From NCBI GenBank assembly GCA_977017645.1, contig OZ360220.1, forward strand, positions 99,572,001-99,636,000: 64,000 nucleotides of DNA. Reading direction: 5' to 3'. Source of the DNA: Torpedo marmorata (lineage: Eukaryota). A program made the translations under genes and the position numbers. Positions 11,560 through 24,057 of the stretch are shown in pieces (positions within the stretch are counted from its first letter, which is position 1; every line of letters starts with the position of its first letter). A model generated the notes under the pieces. That model worked only from the letters and a program-made list of their open reading frames with translations. It searched no databases and was not told the DNA's origin.

Positions 11560-12310
11560 ACCAACAGGTGGTGGTGTTGACCTGTCTCTTCTCCCCTTGT
11601 CTTTCTTTCGTGTTAAAGACAGTGGTTTGGGAGGTGCTATCAGAGTGGTCCGCTTGGATAACTGCAGTGAACTTTGTAGGTGGCACACACTGAGGTCACT
11701 GCTCTGCGAATGGTTGGTGTGGAGGCTGCTTTATCAAGATTCAAGATTCCTTTATTGTCATGTAATAAAACAGGTGTAATATTACATGAAATATCCTTTA
11801 GTCCACCATAAGGCAGACAAAGATTTGCCATCAGCAGATATTGTACGGCGCCCCTTACAGTTCGAGAAAGAGAAGCAAAAAGAGTCCTTTCAGAGTCCCT
11901 GAGTGTCCGTCGATTCTCCTCCAGCGCTCCCCCAGCCTCTGCAGCCATCAGAATTCAGTCCAAACCATCAGCACTCGAGCTCCAGATCCGAACCCCCAAC
12001 ACGATCAGGAAGCCTTCAGCGCCCTCGACACCCTCTTGCATCCCGTTTCCGATACCTGGTACCCCTTCAGCCAGTCTCCAGCAGTCTGCAGCCTTGTGCG
12101 AGTCCCATGAACGCAGTTGCCAGCAGCCCATAGCCTACGTGGATCCTGGGAAGTATCAAGTGTTCCTGGAGATGCACTCACCCAGATAGATGGAGAGGGT
12201 TCCTTCACACTCGGGTCTTCTGCCTGGTTAATGGCAAGATAGCCGTGGGGAGTCAGGAGGAGAGTCACTCAGTCCAGGGTCCCAGCCTCTGACCTCTGGC
12301 CTCTGACCTC
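11560..12310 (-). mobile_element. Degenerate CR1/L2-group LINE fragment, interrupted at ~11734-12140 by an element with a (TCTTGA)n-type tail
   Basis: Similar by eye to 1000-2260 (GCTGCTTT...CCTGG...GCACTCA.CCAG...). Insert begins TCAAGATTCAAGATTCCTTTATTGTCATG. Confidence 0.5.
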
Positions 12311-12369
12311 TGGCCTCTCACCTGGTAGTGTGGATAACCTGATGAAAGCCTTTGGTTCTGTTATTGCAG

Positions 12370-12504
12370 GATACTACATGCTGGCTGATACCAGTCAGAG
12401 AACACTCGCAAGAGGCCAGGCCATGTGGCTGGTATCAGCATCCCAACCTCCGCGGGACGTCATCTGTTTGCATTTCTGGGTCCAGGCGAACGTTGAGAGT
12501 TCAG
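12370..12504 (+). CDS. MAMDC4: MAMDC4 internal exon (MAM domain)
   Basis: GYYMLADTSQRTLARGQAMWLVS...CLHFWVQ; 135 nt, phase 1-1, AG/GT. Confidence 0.9.
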
Positions 12505-13014
12505 GTAACAGCATCGTGCCCCGCCCCTGGTCACGCTGTGTCTCTCCAGCCCAGCTCAGTGCCACCCACTGCTCATGGGTCCCTGTGTGTTTGGTCACAT
12601 GACTTGGTGCATGAACCCCATGACTAGGTTTTGTTGCAAGAGGTGGAGGAGCCCTGAGGTTTGTTCACTGAGGTCCCATCGTAACCAGTGTGGCCATTCA
12701 CATCCTGGCCAGCAGGGCCCTGGACCAGAACCATCCACCCCATGGTGGGGGAAGTCAACTGTGGATTGTGCAGCCAAGGAATGCAGTCAGAGTGGCCTGT
12801 TGAACCACTTCATGGGTCAAGGAGACTCCCAGAGAGATGCAGAATTGTGTCTGCTCAGCTCATCCTGAGGGTGGGTGTAGGGCAAGGTGTGGGTGATGGA
12901 GTATGTGTGAAGAGTGTTTGGGGGACGTATGAGAGGGGGTAGTGAGTTTGCCTGAAGTGAAAGCATTGAGAGTGGGATAGGAACTGGGATTGTGTGTGTG
13001 TGTGTGTGAACTTC

Positions 13015-15640
13015 AGAAACAGGAGCAGGATTCGGCCATCTGGCCCGTCGAGCCAGCTCCACCATCCATTAAGACAGTGGTTCTCAACCTTTTTTTCCCA
13101 CTCACATACCACCTTAAGAGCACCTGTGGCATCCTACGTCATAGGTGCTCTGTGGTTAGTAAAGGATTACTTAAGGTGGTATGTGAGTGGAAAGAAAAAG
13201 GTTGAGAACCACTGCATTAAGATCATGGCTGATCTGGCCGTGGACTCAGCTCCACTGACCTGCCTTTTCCCCATACACTTAATTCCTCTCCTACGCAAAA
13301 ATCTATCTAATTCTGTCTTAAATATATTTAATGAAGCAGTTTCAACTGCTTAGTTGGACAGAGAGTTCCACAGATTCACTACTCTCTGGGAGAAGCAATT
13401 CCTCTTCTTCATCCTAAATCTACTCCCCAAATTCTTGCGGCTATGTCCCCTCGTTCTATTCTCGCCAACCAGTGGAAACAGCTTTACTACCTCTATCTTC
13501 TATATCGTTTTCACAATTTTAGATATTTCCATAAGACCACCATTTTTATGAATTCCAGTGAGTACAGTCCCAGGCGATTCAATCTCTCTTCATAGGCTAA
13601 CCCCCTCATCTCTGGAATCAACCTGGTGAACCTCCTCTGCACCGCCTCCAAAGCCAGTACATCCTTCCTCAAGTAAGGAGACCAGAACTGCACGCAGTTC
13701 TCCAGATGTGGCCTCACCAGTACCTTGTACAGTTGCAGCAGAACCTCCCTGCTCTTAAATTCTATCCCTCCACCAATGAAGGCCAACATTCCATTTGCTT
13801 TCTTTATTACCTGATTCACCTGCAAACCAACCTTTTGCGATTCATGCACAACCGTCTCCAAGTCCCTCTGTGTAACAGCATGCTGCAATCTTTTACCATT
13901 TAAGTAATAATCTGATCTATTTTACCGTTCAATGTGGATGACCTCACATTTACCAACATTGTACTCCATCTGCTAAACCCTTTCCCACTTCACTTAACCT
14001 ATTTATATCTTTCTGCAGACTCTCCGTGCCCTCTGCACAATTTGCTTTTCTGCTCAATTTAGTGTCATCAGCAAACTTAGATACTCAGTCCCTTCTTCCA
14101 AATCATGTATGTATATCATGAATAGTTGTGGGCACTATTGGTCGGCTTCTGGAGATCTAAGTATTCAACATTCACCTGCTCCCCTCTATCCACTCTGCTC
14201 ATTATAGCCTTAAAGAACTCCACTAAATTTGTCAAACATGACCTTCCCTTCCTGAATCCATGCTGCATCTGCCTGATGGAACAATTTCTATCCAGATGTA
14301 TCACTATTTCTTCCTTAATGATAGCTTCAAGCATTTTCCTGACTACAAATGTTAAGCTCAGGCCCAAAATGTTGGTTATTTATCTTTGCTTCATAAAGAA
14401 CACTGCGTGACCTGCTGAGTTTCTCCAGCACTTTTGTTTATTGAACTACAATCACAGAGTCTGCAGGCTTTCTTGTTTGACTCTATTGTTACCTTTTTTT
14501 GCCTACATCCTTTTTTAAACAGTGGTATGACATTCGCTGTCTTCCAATCCACTGGGACCTGCCCAGATTCCAGAGAATTTTGGTAAATTATCACAAAAGT
14601 CTCTACTATAACTTCCGCCATTTTTTCCAGTACTATAGGATGCATTCCATCAGGACCAGGGAACTTATCCACCTTTAGACCCACAAGTTTGCTACCTCTT
14701 TCATGATGGTGATTGTATTGAGGTCCTCATCTCCCATCGCATACATAGCATCACTCTTTGGCATGTTAGAGGTATCCTTCACTATGAAGACTGACACAAA
14801 ATAGTCATTCAAAGCCTTGGCCATTTCTGCGTTACCCAATCTAATTTCTCTCATCTTCCAAGAGACCTACCTTCACTTTAGGCACTCTTTTCCACTTTAT
14901 ATAATCATAAAAACTTTTCCTATCTGTTTTTATATTTTGTGCTAATTTGCTTTCATAATCTACCGTCTCTTTCTTTACTGCTTCTTAGTGTTTCTTTATT
15001 GCTTTTTAAAGCTTTCCCAATCTTCTAGTTTCCCACTACTCTTGGCAACTTTGGATGCATGAGCTTTTAGTTCAATGCCTTCCTTTATTTCCTTAGTTAT
15101 CCAAGGCTGACTCTCCCCTCTCTGTGCTTGCTTTTAACTGGAATATACATTTGTTGAGCACTGTGAAAAATCTCTTTGAAAGTTTTCCACTGTTCCTCAT
15201 CTGTCCCACCACATGGCCTATTCCCAGTCTGCTCTAGTCAACTCCTTTCTCATCTTGTTGCCTTACTTGTTTAAGCATAATACAATGGTTTTATATCAAA
15301 CTATTGCACCCTTCATTTGTATGAGAAATTCAATCATGTTGTGATCCCTCTTTCCGAGAGGATCCCTAATGTCAAGATCATTCATTTTACGTGTCTCGTT
15401 GCATCGGACCAGGTCTTAGATAGCATACTCCCTTATAGATTCAGTAACATGTTGTTCATGAAAACTATCACGGATACATTCTATGAAATCCTCCTCAAGA
15501 CTGCCTCAACCAACTTGATTCACCCAATATATGTGCAAGTTAAGGTCCCAGTGACAACTGCCTTTCTGAAATGCATCAGATAATTTCTTGGTTTATTGCC
15601 TGTGCTACTGCAATGTTATTATTTGGGGGACTACAGACAA
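13015..15640 (-). mobile_element. Degenerate CR1 LINE
   Basis: Minus-strand peptides LYKVLVRPHLENCVQFWSP, QHGFRKGRSCLTNL, PGPDGMHP. Contains a MITE and a short pLTR piece at ~14356-14482. Confidence 0.85.
13075..13214. mobile_element. hAT-family MITE (140 bp)
   Basis: TIRs CAGTGGTTCTCAACCTTTTT / AAAAAGGTTGAGAACCACTG; perfect 8-bp TSD CATTAAGA (13067-13074, 13215-13222). Confidence 0.92.
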
Positions 15641-15644
15641 CTCC

Positions 15645-15870
15645 CTCCACACTGTCCCTGTCACACACTCGGAGGGCAACTCCAGAGGTTAGACATTGAG
15701 TGAAGTTTTCTCCACACTGTCCCTGTCACACACTCGGAGGGCAACTCCAGAGGTTAGACACTGAGTGAAGTTTTCTCCACACTGTCCCTGTCACACACTC
15801 GGAGGGCAACTCCAGAGGTTAGACACTGAGTGAAGTTTTCTCCACACTGTCCTGTCACACACATCCAGGG
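15645..15870. repeat. 65-bp tandem repeat (~3.5 copies) related to the 52-bp minisatellite at 28 kb
   Basis: Units start at 15651, 15716 and 15781. Confidence 0.85.
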
Positions 15871-16064
15871 AAGGGACAGAACTGAATGACTGAGAAATCG
15901 GGAAATAAAAGATAAGAGAAAGAAAAAAAGACATGTTAGACACAGGTTCACTTTCCATGCAGGTTCAATACAAAGTAAAGCTCCCTTTTCACTGTCCTGT
16001 TACAAATCCCCAGAGCAAATAAGTTTTTAAATTTTAACTTTTTAAATTTTAAATTTAATTGAAA

Positions 16065-16313
16065 AAATGTAAATTTAGACATACAGCTCGGTAACAGGCC
16101 CTTCTGGCCCACAAGCCCGTGCCGCCCAAATACCCCAATTAACCGACAACCCCCTGACATTTTGAAAGGTGGGAGGAAATATGGAGCACCTGGAGGAAAC
16201 CCATGCAGGTCACGGGGAGAACGTGCAAACTCCTTACAGACAGTGCCAGATTCGAACCTGGATCACTGGCGCTGTAATAGTGTTGTGCTAATCGCTACGG
16301 TAACCGTGCCGCC
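16065..16313 (-). mobile_element. tRNA-derived V-SINE (HE1-like)
   Basis: Minus strand reads GGCGGCACGGTTACCGTAGCG...GGTTCGAATCT...GAGTTTGCACGTTCTCCCCGTG...GGGTTTCCTCC (A/B boxes plus V core). Confidence 0.8.
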
Positions 16314-16426
16314 CTCATGTTTGATCTTAATTGTAATAAGACAAGATTGATTGCACAAAACTCCTGGTGCAACAGGACAAGGATCTATTTGAGAGTTGAG
16401 CTCTCTCTGGCCTCTTGTGGTAACAG

Positions 16427-16551
16427 GTACTTTGAATGTCTACGTGGAAGAGGACTTGCAGGAGAAGAGGCTGGTCGGGAGTATGGTGATAGCTCCGTTA
16501 CTGACGTGGAAATTTGACAGAGTCGGAATCCACATAACTCAGAACTGGAAG
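16427..16551 (+). CDS. MAMDC4: MAMDC4 internal exon (MAM domain); frame not shown in the ORF track
   Basis: GTLNVYVEEDLQEKRLVGSMVIAPLLTWKFDRVGIHITQNWK; 125 nt, phase 1-0; joins the flanking exons in frame. Confidence 0.88.
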
Positions 16552-16699
16552 GTAACAGACCCGGCATCTTGATCCCTGGCCTTGTCACTGAATGATTGAT
16601 AAGTCCTTGAAAATGTTAACACAGGGAGAGATGTTCTCAGGCATGAGTAAGAAGGATGGGGAGAACAGAGAGTTAAATGAGGTGTACACTGATAAGGAT

Positions 16700-18670
16700 G
16701 TGTTGACATTAGAGAGGGTCGTGTCCAGAGGAGGTTCACGAGAATGAAAGGGTTACCATCTACGGAGTGTTTGATGACTCTGGGACAGTACTTGATGGAG
16801 TTTAGAAGAACGACGGGGAATCTCATGGAAACCTGTCAAATGCTAAGAGGCCTGGATAGTGTGGACGTGGAGAGGATGTTTCCGATGGTGGGGGAGTCTG
16901 GGACGAGAGGACACAGCCTCAGGATTCAAAAACGTCACTTTAGACAGAGATGAGGAGGAATTTCTTTACCCAGAAGGTGGTGAATCTGTGGAGTATGTTG
17001 CCGCGGATAACTGTGGAGGCCAAGTCATTGGGTGGATTTAAAGACAGGTAGATAGGTTCTTGATGAGGAAGGGAATCAAGGGTTACGGGGAGGAGGCAAG
17101 AAAATGGGGTTAAAAAGGATAGTATATCAGCCATGTCAGAATGGCAGGGTGGACTCGATGGGATGAATGGCCTAATTCTTCTCCTTTGTCTTATGGGCTG
17201 ATGTGTGTATCAGGAAATAGGAAGTGTTAGAGATATTGACACACACTGAAGTGGACAAACCCCCAGGGCTTGATGAAATCCATCCCAGGGATCAATGGGA
17301 AGCAAGGGGGGAGATTGTGGAACTTAATGGAGATTTTTACCTCATCCTCAGCCACAGCTGAGTCATTGGGAGACCAGAAGGTAGCTAATCTCAACTCCGT
17401 ATTTGTTGAAGGGCGGTGGGGATAAGCCAGGAAATGATATCAGTAGTGGGGAAACTAATGAAAAAACGTCTTGGAAAAGCAGGGACTAATTAGGGGGAGT
17501 TGTCATGGTTTCATGTCTGAGAAATCCTGTCTCACAAATCTGATTAAGCATTTAAGGTAAAAGAACGATGAAGGTAAAGCAGTAGAGGTAGTCTACATAG
17601 ACTTTAGCAAGGCCTTGGACAAGGTCCCACATGGTAGACTGATCCAGGGAAGGGCACGTGGGATCCAAGGTGTTTTGGCAAACTGGATCCATAATTAGCT
17701 TGGTGATAGGAGGCAGAGAGTAGTGGTGGGTGGGCGGTTTTCTGACTGGAAGCCTATGACCAAGTGGTGTACATAGGCCATCAGTATAGCAGAGGAACAG
17801 GCCCTTCGGCCCACATGTCTGCACCGAACAGGATGACCAAGTGGAACTAAAACTCTGCTGATCCATATCCCTCCATTCCCTGCATATTCTTGTGTTTCGC
17901 CCAAAGCCTATCAAATGTTACCATTGTATCTGCTTACCCCAATGCTCCTGGTTAGCCCATCCCAGACTCCCACCACTCCCAGTGCAAACTATTTGCCATG
18001 CACATCTCCTTTAAACTTCTCCCTTCCCCTCAACCCCCCACCCCCCATCTTAAATAGATGTCCTCTAGTATGTGATGTTTTTTACCGTGGAAAAAAGATT
18101 CTGACTGTCTACCTTATCAAAGCCTCTCATAATTTTATAAACTTCTATCAGGATTGGCGCTGGAACCTTTGATGTTGGTTATATACTGTATATATCAATG
18201 ACTTAGTTAAGATTGCCTGTGTTCTGATGAGTAAATCTGCTGACAACATAATGATTGGTGGGGTGGCAGACAGTGAGGGCAATTGTGAAAGGATACAGAT
18301 GGACATAGATCAGCTGGAAAGTTGGAGGGAGCAGTGGCAAATGAAATTTAATCCAGATAGATGTGAGCTAATGCATTTTGGGTTGTCTAATACTGACCAG
18401 ACATATACAGGAAAAGGCAAAAACCTTGGAAGCATTGATCTGCAGAGGGACCTTGGGGTGCAAGTTCATTTTTCCAGGCAAATGCATCACACGTGGATAA
18501 GGTAGCAAACAAGGCGATTAGCTTCGTAGGCAGGGGTGTTAAGTTTAACAATTGGAATATTGTGTGCTGTTCGGGTCACCACGCCAGGGAAAGGATCTGG
18601 GTCAAATGCATGAAGGTCCTTGGTTGGCATGGACATGTCGGACGAAGGGCTTGTGTCCGTGCTGTATAGC
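16700..18670. mobile_element. Cluster of degenerate CR1 fragments in both orientations
   Basis: Peptides ERMFPMVGESGTRGHSLR and WQMKFNPDRCELMHFG, plus CR1 3' UTR motifs. Confidence 0.75.
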
Positions 18671-18774
18671 TGCAGAAACATTACTACCGGGGGTAGGACT
18701 GTTGTTCCTCAGAGGGAGTGATGATACGCATTGCGGGAGCTGAAACTCAGAGCAATGTGTCTCGGCAGGAGTGA

Positions 18775-19210
18775 TGATACTCGGTGGGGGTGACGTTACT
18801 CGGTGGGGGTGAATTACTGGAGAGTGGCGTTACTGGGGAGTGGTGTTACTGAGGAGTGGTGTTACTGGGGAGTGGCGTTACTGGGGAGTGGCGTTACTGG
18901 GGAGTGACATTACCGGGGAGTGGTGTTACCGAGGAGTGGTGTTACTGGGGAGTGGCGTTCCTGGGGAGTGGCGTTCCTGGGGAGTGGTGTTCCTGGGGAG
19001 TGGTGTTCCTGGGGAGTGGTGTTACTGGGGAGTGGTGTTACTGGGGAGTGGTGTTACTGGAGAGTGGTGTTACTGGGGAGTGGTGTTACTGGGGAGTGGT
19101 GTTACTGGGGAGTGGCGTTCCTGGGGAGTGGCGTTCCTGGGGAGTGGTGTTCCTGGGGAGTGGTGTTACTGGGGAGTGGTGTTACTGGGGAGTGGTGTTA
19201 CTGAGGCGTG
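18775..19210. repeat. 16-bp minisatellite (CTGGGGAGTGGTGTTA)n
   Basis: Direct tandem repetition. Confidence 0.93.
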
Positions 19211-19245
19211 GTGTAACTGTAATCACTGACACTCTGTCTCTGCAG

Positions 19246-19336
19246 CTGCTGTTTGAAGCAGTGGGAGGAGGTGCAAACTCATCGTACATTGCCATCGACG
19301 ATGTCATGTTGGAACACACCCAGTGCTCGATGATAG
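19246..19336 (+). CDS. MAMDC4: MAMDC4 internal exon
   Basis: LLFEAVGGGANSSYIAIDDVMLEHTQCSMI; 91 nt, phase 0-1; donor GTGAGT. Confidence 0.9.
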
Positions 19337-19834
19337 GTGAGTGATGCCCAGTGTTCTGAGCGAGGCTGTGGATGTCCTGCAGTCCCTGCCAGCTCTACAC
19401 AGCTCTGGGTCCACAATTGACAGGCCCCAAACCATCCAGTGGTGTTCCTGTAAGTGGCTCCTGGAAGCTCAGCCACCTTAGAGTCCCGCTGCCTCTTTTA
19501 TCTGCCTTCTCCCTACCCACAGTCCAGGCGACAGGCTGGCATATTTGTAAGGATGCTGGTCATTCTTGAAGCTGACAGGAGACACCACAGGCCAACTGGA
19601 CCCAGTTGCACAGGGACTAAGTGGGGACAGAAAGCAAGGGCTCCCCCAGGGTCTGTGCCTGTGACACGTGATGGTTCCACCTCACTGCAGGACATAACCA
19701 TGGGTGTCGTTGGCATAAGGTGATGCACCAACCCTGCCATGCCAACTGGTGGCGGTACCTACAGCCCCTAGTGAGCCCGATCAGGACGTTCGCACTGAAC
19801 TGGGTCTGTGATCAGTGGGTGAAGGCGGGGGTGC

Positions 19835-19902
19835 AGACAGAGAGAGAGAGAGGAGGGAAAGGGAGAGGGAGAGGCAGGGAGGGAGAGAGAGAGAGAGAAT
19901 GG

Positions 19903-19936
<34 letters not shown>

Positions 19937-21297
19937 GAGAGAGGCAGAGGGAGGAGTAGAGAGAGAGAGAGAATGGGGGAGAGAGAGAGAAGAGGGAGGG
20001 AGAGAGAGAGAGAGAATGAGGGAGAGAGACAGACAGACAGAGAATGGGAGAGAGAGAGAGAGGGAGTGGAGAGAGAGAATGGGGGAGAGAGAGATGAGGG
20101 AGGGAGAGAGAGAGAGAGAATGGGAGAGAGGAGGGNNNNNNNNNNNNNNNNNNNNNNNNNNNNNNNNNNNNNNNNNNNNNNNNNNNNNNNNNNNNNNNNN
20201 NNNNNNNNNNNNNNNNNNNNNNNNNNNNNNNNNNNNNNNNNNNNNNNNNNNNNNNNNNNNNNNNNNNNNNNNNNNNNNNNNNNNNNNNNNNNNNNNNNNN
20301 NNNNNNNNNNNNNNNNNNNNNNNNNNNNNNNNNNNNNNNNNNNNNNNNNNNNNNNNNNNNNNNNNNNNNNNNNNNNNNNNNNNNNNNNNNNNNNNNNNNN
20401 NNNNNNNNNNNNNNNNNNNNNNNNNNNNNNNNNNNNNNNNNNNNNNNNNNNNNNNNNNNNNNNNNNNNNNNNNNNNNNNNNNNNNNNNNNNNNNNNNNNN
20501 NNNNNNNNNNNNNNNNNNNNNNNNNNNNNNNNNNNNNNNNNNNNNNNNNNNNNNNNNNNNNNNNNNNNNNNNNNNNNNNNNNNNNNNNNNNNNNNNNNNN
20601 NNNNNNNNNNNNNNNNNNNNNNNNNNNNNNNNNNNNNNNNNNNNNNNNNNNNNNNNNNNNNNNNNNNNNNNNNNNNNNNNNNNNNNNNNNNNNNNNNNNN
20701 NNNNNNNNNNNNNNNNNNNNNNNNNNNNNNNNNNNNNNNNNNNNNNNNNNNNNNNNNNNNNNNNNNNAGAGAATGGGAGAGAGAGGGAGGGAGAGTGAGA
20801 GAGAGGGGAGAGGGAGAGAGACAGAGAGAGGGAGAGAGAGAGGAGGGAGGGAGAGAGAGCGAATGGGAGAGAGAATCGGAGAGAGAGGGAGAGAGAGAGA
20901 GAATGGGAGAGAGAGGGAGAGAGTGAGAGAGAGGAGGGATGGAGAGAAAGAGAGAGAGAATGGGAGAGAGAGGGAGGGANNNNNNNNNNNNNNNNNNNNN
21001 NNNNNNNNNNNNNNNNNNNNNNNNNNNNNNNNNNNNNNNNNNNNNNNNNNNNNNNNNNNNNNNNNNNNNNNNNNNNNNNNNNNNNNNNNNNNNNNNNNNN
21101 NNNNNNNNNNNNNNNNNNNNNNNNNNNNNNNNNNNNNNNNNNAAGTGAGAGAGAGGGGGCAGAGAGAGAGAGAGGGGAGAGGGAGAGAGACAGAGAGAAT
21201 GGGAGAGACAGTGAGAGAGAGAATGGGAGAGACAGGGAGAGAGAGAATGGGAGAGGGGGAGAGAGAGTGGAGGGAAGAGAGAGACAGAGAGAGAGAC
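19835..21297. repeat. (GA)n polypurine tract containing two assembly gaps
   Basis: GAGAGA/GAATGG repeats; N runs at 20136-20767 and 20980-21142. Confidence 0.9.
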
Positions 21298-21328
21298 ACT
21301 GAGTCAATGACTGCCCTTCCTTTCCCAG

Positions 21329-21475
21329 GTGCTTGTGACTTTGAAGATGGCCTGTGTGGTTGGAGGAATGTCCTGGACCCGGAGAAGGACAATGTGGACT
21401 GGAACTGGGGCAGTGGCAAGGCCCCCAGCCACTTCACCGCACCGTCCCACGATCACACCCTGGGCACCTCGGAAG
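21329..21475 (+). CDS. MAMDC4: MAMDC4 internal exon (start of last MAM domain)
   Basis: GACDFEDGLCGWRN...DWNWGSGKAPSHFTAPSHDHTLGTSEG; 147 nt, phase 1-1. Confidence 0.92.
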
Positions 21476-21699
21476 GTGGGTTGCCAACCCTGCTGGCATA
21501 CGGGGCATCACCCTTGGATCAGGGACTGTGCCTTCAACCACTTCAGGGGCCAGACGTTCGGGCCAAACTCTGATCAGCTGTGTGGTGAGAGCAGTGAAGG
21601 GCAATGAGCATGAGCGTTCCTCCCCATCTCAGAGTCTCTGGGGACACTCACAGTCCGTGAGCAGCGACACTCAGAGGTGCTGGAGTCACTGTCTCTGTC

Positions 21700-23775
21700 T
21701 GGGGTCACAGTCTCTGCTTGTGGTCACAGACTTTGACCAAGGTCACTGGGGATCATAGTCATTGACCAAGGTCACAGGGTCACAGTCTCTGACCAAGGTC
21801 ACTAGGGGTCAGTCTTTGACCAAGGTCACTGGGAGACATAGTCTGTGCCTGGAAGTACTGGGGTCACAGGTTGTGCCCAAGGTCACTGGGGTTCCAAGAC
21901 TGACCAAGGTCACTGGGGGTCAAAGTCTCTGTCCAAGATCACTAGGAGTCACGGTCTGTGCCCAAGGTCACTGGGGGGTCATAGTCTCTGACCAAGGTCA
22001 CTGGAGTCCAAGTTTGTGCCCAAGGTCACTGGGGGTCATAGCCTGTCCCTAGAGGTACTGGAGGTCATGGTCTATGCTCAAGGTTACTGAGGGAGAGCCA
22101 CTCAGTCTAGGGAAGGCGACTCTGAGGGAAGGGGTGTGAAGTCTGTGTTCAGGGTCACTGGAGGTCACTGTCAGCCTGTGCCCAGGGTCAGGTCAGTGGG
22201 GGGTCACAGTACCCAGGGATCAGTGGGAGGTCACAATGCCCAGGGGTTAGTGGGAGGTCACAGTCACCCATGGGTCAGTGGGAGGTCACAGTCTCTCAGG
22301 GTCAGTGGGAGGTCACAGAGTGCCCAGGGTCAGTGGGGGGTCACAGAGTTCCAAGGGGTCAGTGGGGGGTCACAGTCTCCCAGGGGTCAATGAGAGGTCA
22401 CAGTGCCCAGGGTCAGTGGAGGTCACAGTGTGCCCAGGGTCAGTGGGAGGTCACAGACTCCCGTGGGTCAGTGGGAGGTCACAGAGTGCCTAGGGTCAGT
22501 GGGGGATCACAGTCACCCGGGGGTCATTAGAGGGGGTCACAGTCTCCCAGGGGTCAGTGGGGGGTCACAGAGTGTCCAGGGGTCAGTGGGGGGTCACACA
22601 GTGCGCGAGGTCAGTGGGGGGATCACAGAGTTCGTGAGGTCAGTGGGAGGTCACAGAGTGCCCGGGGGTTCAGCGGGGGGTCACAGAGTGTGCGAGGTCA
22701 GTGGGGGGTTCACAGATGTGTGACGTCAGTGGGAGGTCAATGTCAGCGGGGGGTCACAGTCTCCCAGGGTCAGTGGGGGGTCACAGAGTGCCTGGGGGTC
22801 AGTGGGGGTTCAATATCTCCCAGGGTCAGTGGGGGGTCACAGTCTCCCAGGGTCAGTGGGGGGTCACAGAGTGCCTGGGGGGTCAGTGGGGGTCACAGAG
22901 TGCCTGAGGATCAGTGGTAGGTCACAGAGTGCCTAGGGTCAGTGGGGGGGTCAATGTCTCCCAGGGTCAGTGGAGGTCAAAGTCTCCCAGGGTCAGTGGG
23001 GGGGTCACAGAGTGCCCGGGGGTCAGTGGGGGGTCACGCAGTGCCTGAGGTCAGTGGGGGATTACAGAGTGCCCAGGGTCAGTGGGGGGTCACAGAGTGC
23101 CCAGGGTCAGTGGGGGGTCACAGAGTGCCGGGGTCAGTGGGGGGTCACAGAGTGCCCAGGGTCATTGGGGGTCACAGAGTGCCCGAGGGTCAGTGGTAGG
23201 TCACAGAGTGCCAGGGTCAGTGGGGGGTCACAGAGTGCCCAGGGTCAGTGGGGGGTTACAGAGTGCCCAGGGACAGTGGGGGGTTACAGAGTGCCCAGGG
23301 TCAGTGGTGGGTCACATAGCGCCTGGGGGTCAGTGGGGGGTCACATAGCGCCCAGGGGTCAGTGGGAGGTCACAGAGTGCCCAGGGTCATTGGGGGTCAC
23401 AGAGTGCCCAGGGTCAGTGGGGGGTCACAGAGTGCCCAGGGTCAGTGGGGGGTTACAGAGTGCCCAGGTTCAGTGGGGGGTTACAGAGTGCCCAGGGACA
23501 GTGGGTGGTCACAGAGTGCCCAGGGTCAGTGGGGGGTTACAGAGTGCCCAGGTTCAGTGGGGGGTTACAGAGTGCCCAGGGACAGTGGGGGGTCACAGAG
23601 TGCCCAGGTTCAGTGGTGGGTCACAGAGTGCCCAGGGTCAGTGGCAGGTCACAGAGCGCCTGGGGGTCAGTGGGGGGTCACATAGCGCCCAGGGGTCAGT
23701 GGGAGGTCACAGAGTGCCCGGGATCAGTGGGACACAGTGTGCCCAGGGGTCAGTGAGGAGTCACAGAGTCAGTGG
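21700..23775. repeat. ~28-30-bp G-rich minisatellite (CCAGGGTCAGTGGGGGGTCACAGAGTGC)n with a more diverged 5' block
   Basis: Direct tandem repetition. Confidence 0.9.
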
Positions 23776-24057
23776 GAGACTCTTTCTCAGCTCCTCCCAA
23801 GCTGACTGCTGAGGAAGGAATATTTAGCATCTGTGGAGGAAGGAGGAAGTCCGATGGGGGTGAGGGGAAGCCAGCGGAGGGCGGGGAGGGTGTGGCGGGG
23901 GTGCAGGGTGATGAGGTGGGGTGGTGCTGACACACAGTGGTGATGTTCTGCACTGCCNNNNNNNNNNNNNNNNNNNNNNNNNNNNNNNNNNNNNNNNNNN
24001 NNNNNNNNNNNNNNNNNNNNNNNNNNNNNNNNNNNNNNNNNNNNNNNNNNNNNNNNN

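Noticed and set aside
8502-11779. ORFs of ~1000 aa (His/Thr/Pro-rich, and Cys/Val-rich on the antisense strand)
   Set aside because: They are translations of the stop-free 23-bp minisatellite; all frames are open and the region is intronic.
19781-21573. Long Ser/Leu or Arg/Glu ORFs
   Set aside because: They run through (GA)n tracts and N gaps.
23791-23915. AG/GT-bounded 125-nt segment with the right phases for a missing MAM exon
   Set aside because: The translation (PPKLTAEEGIFSICGG...) lacks the conserved MAM tryptophans and the donor is weak; not supportable without RNA data.
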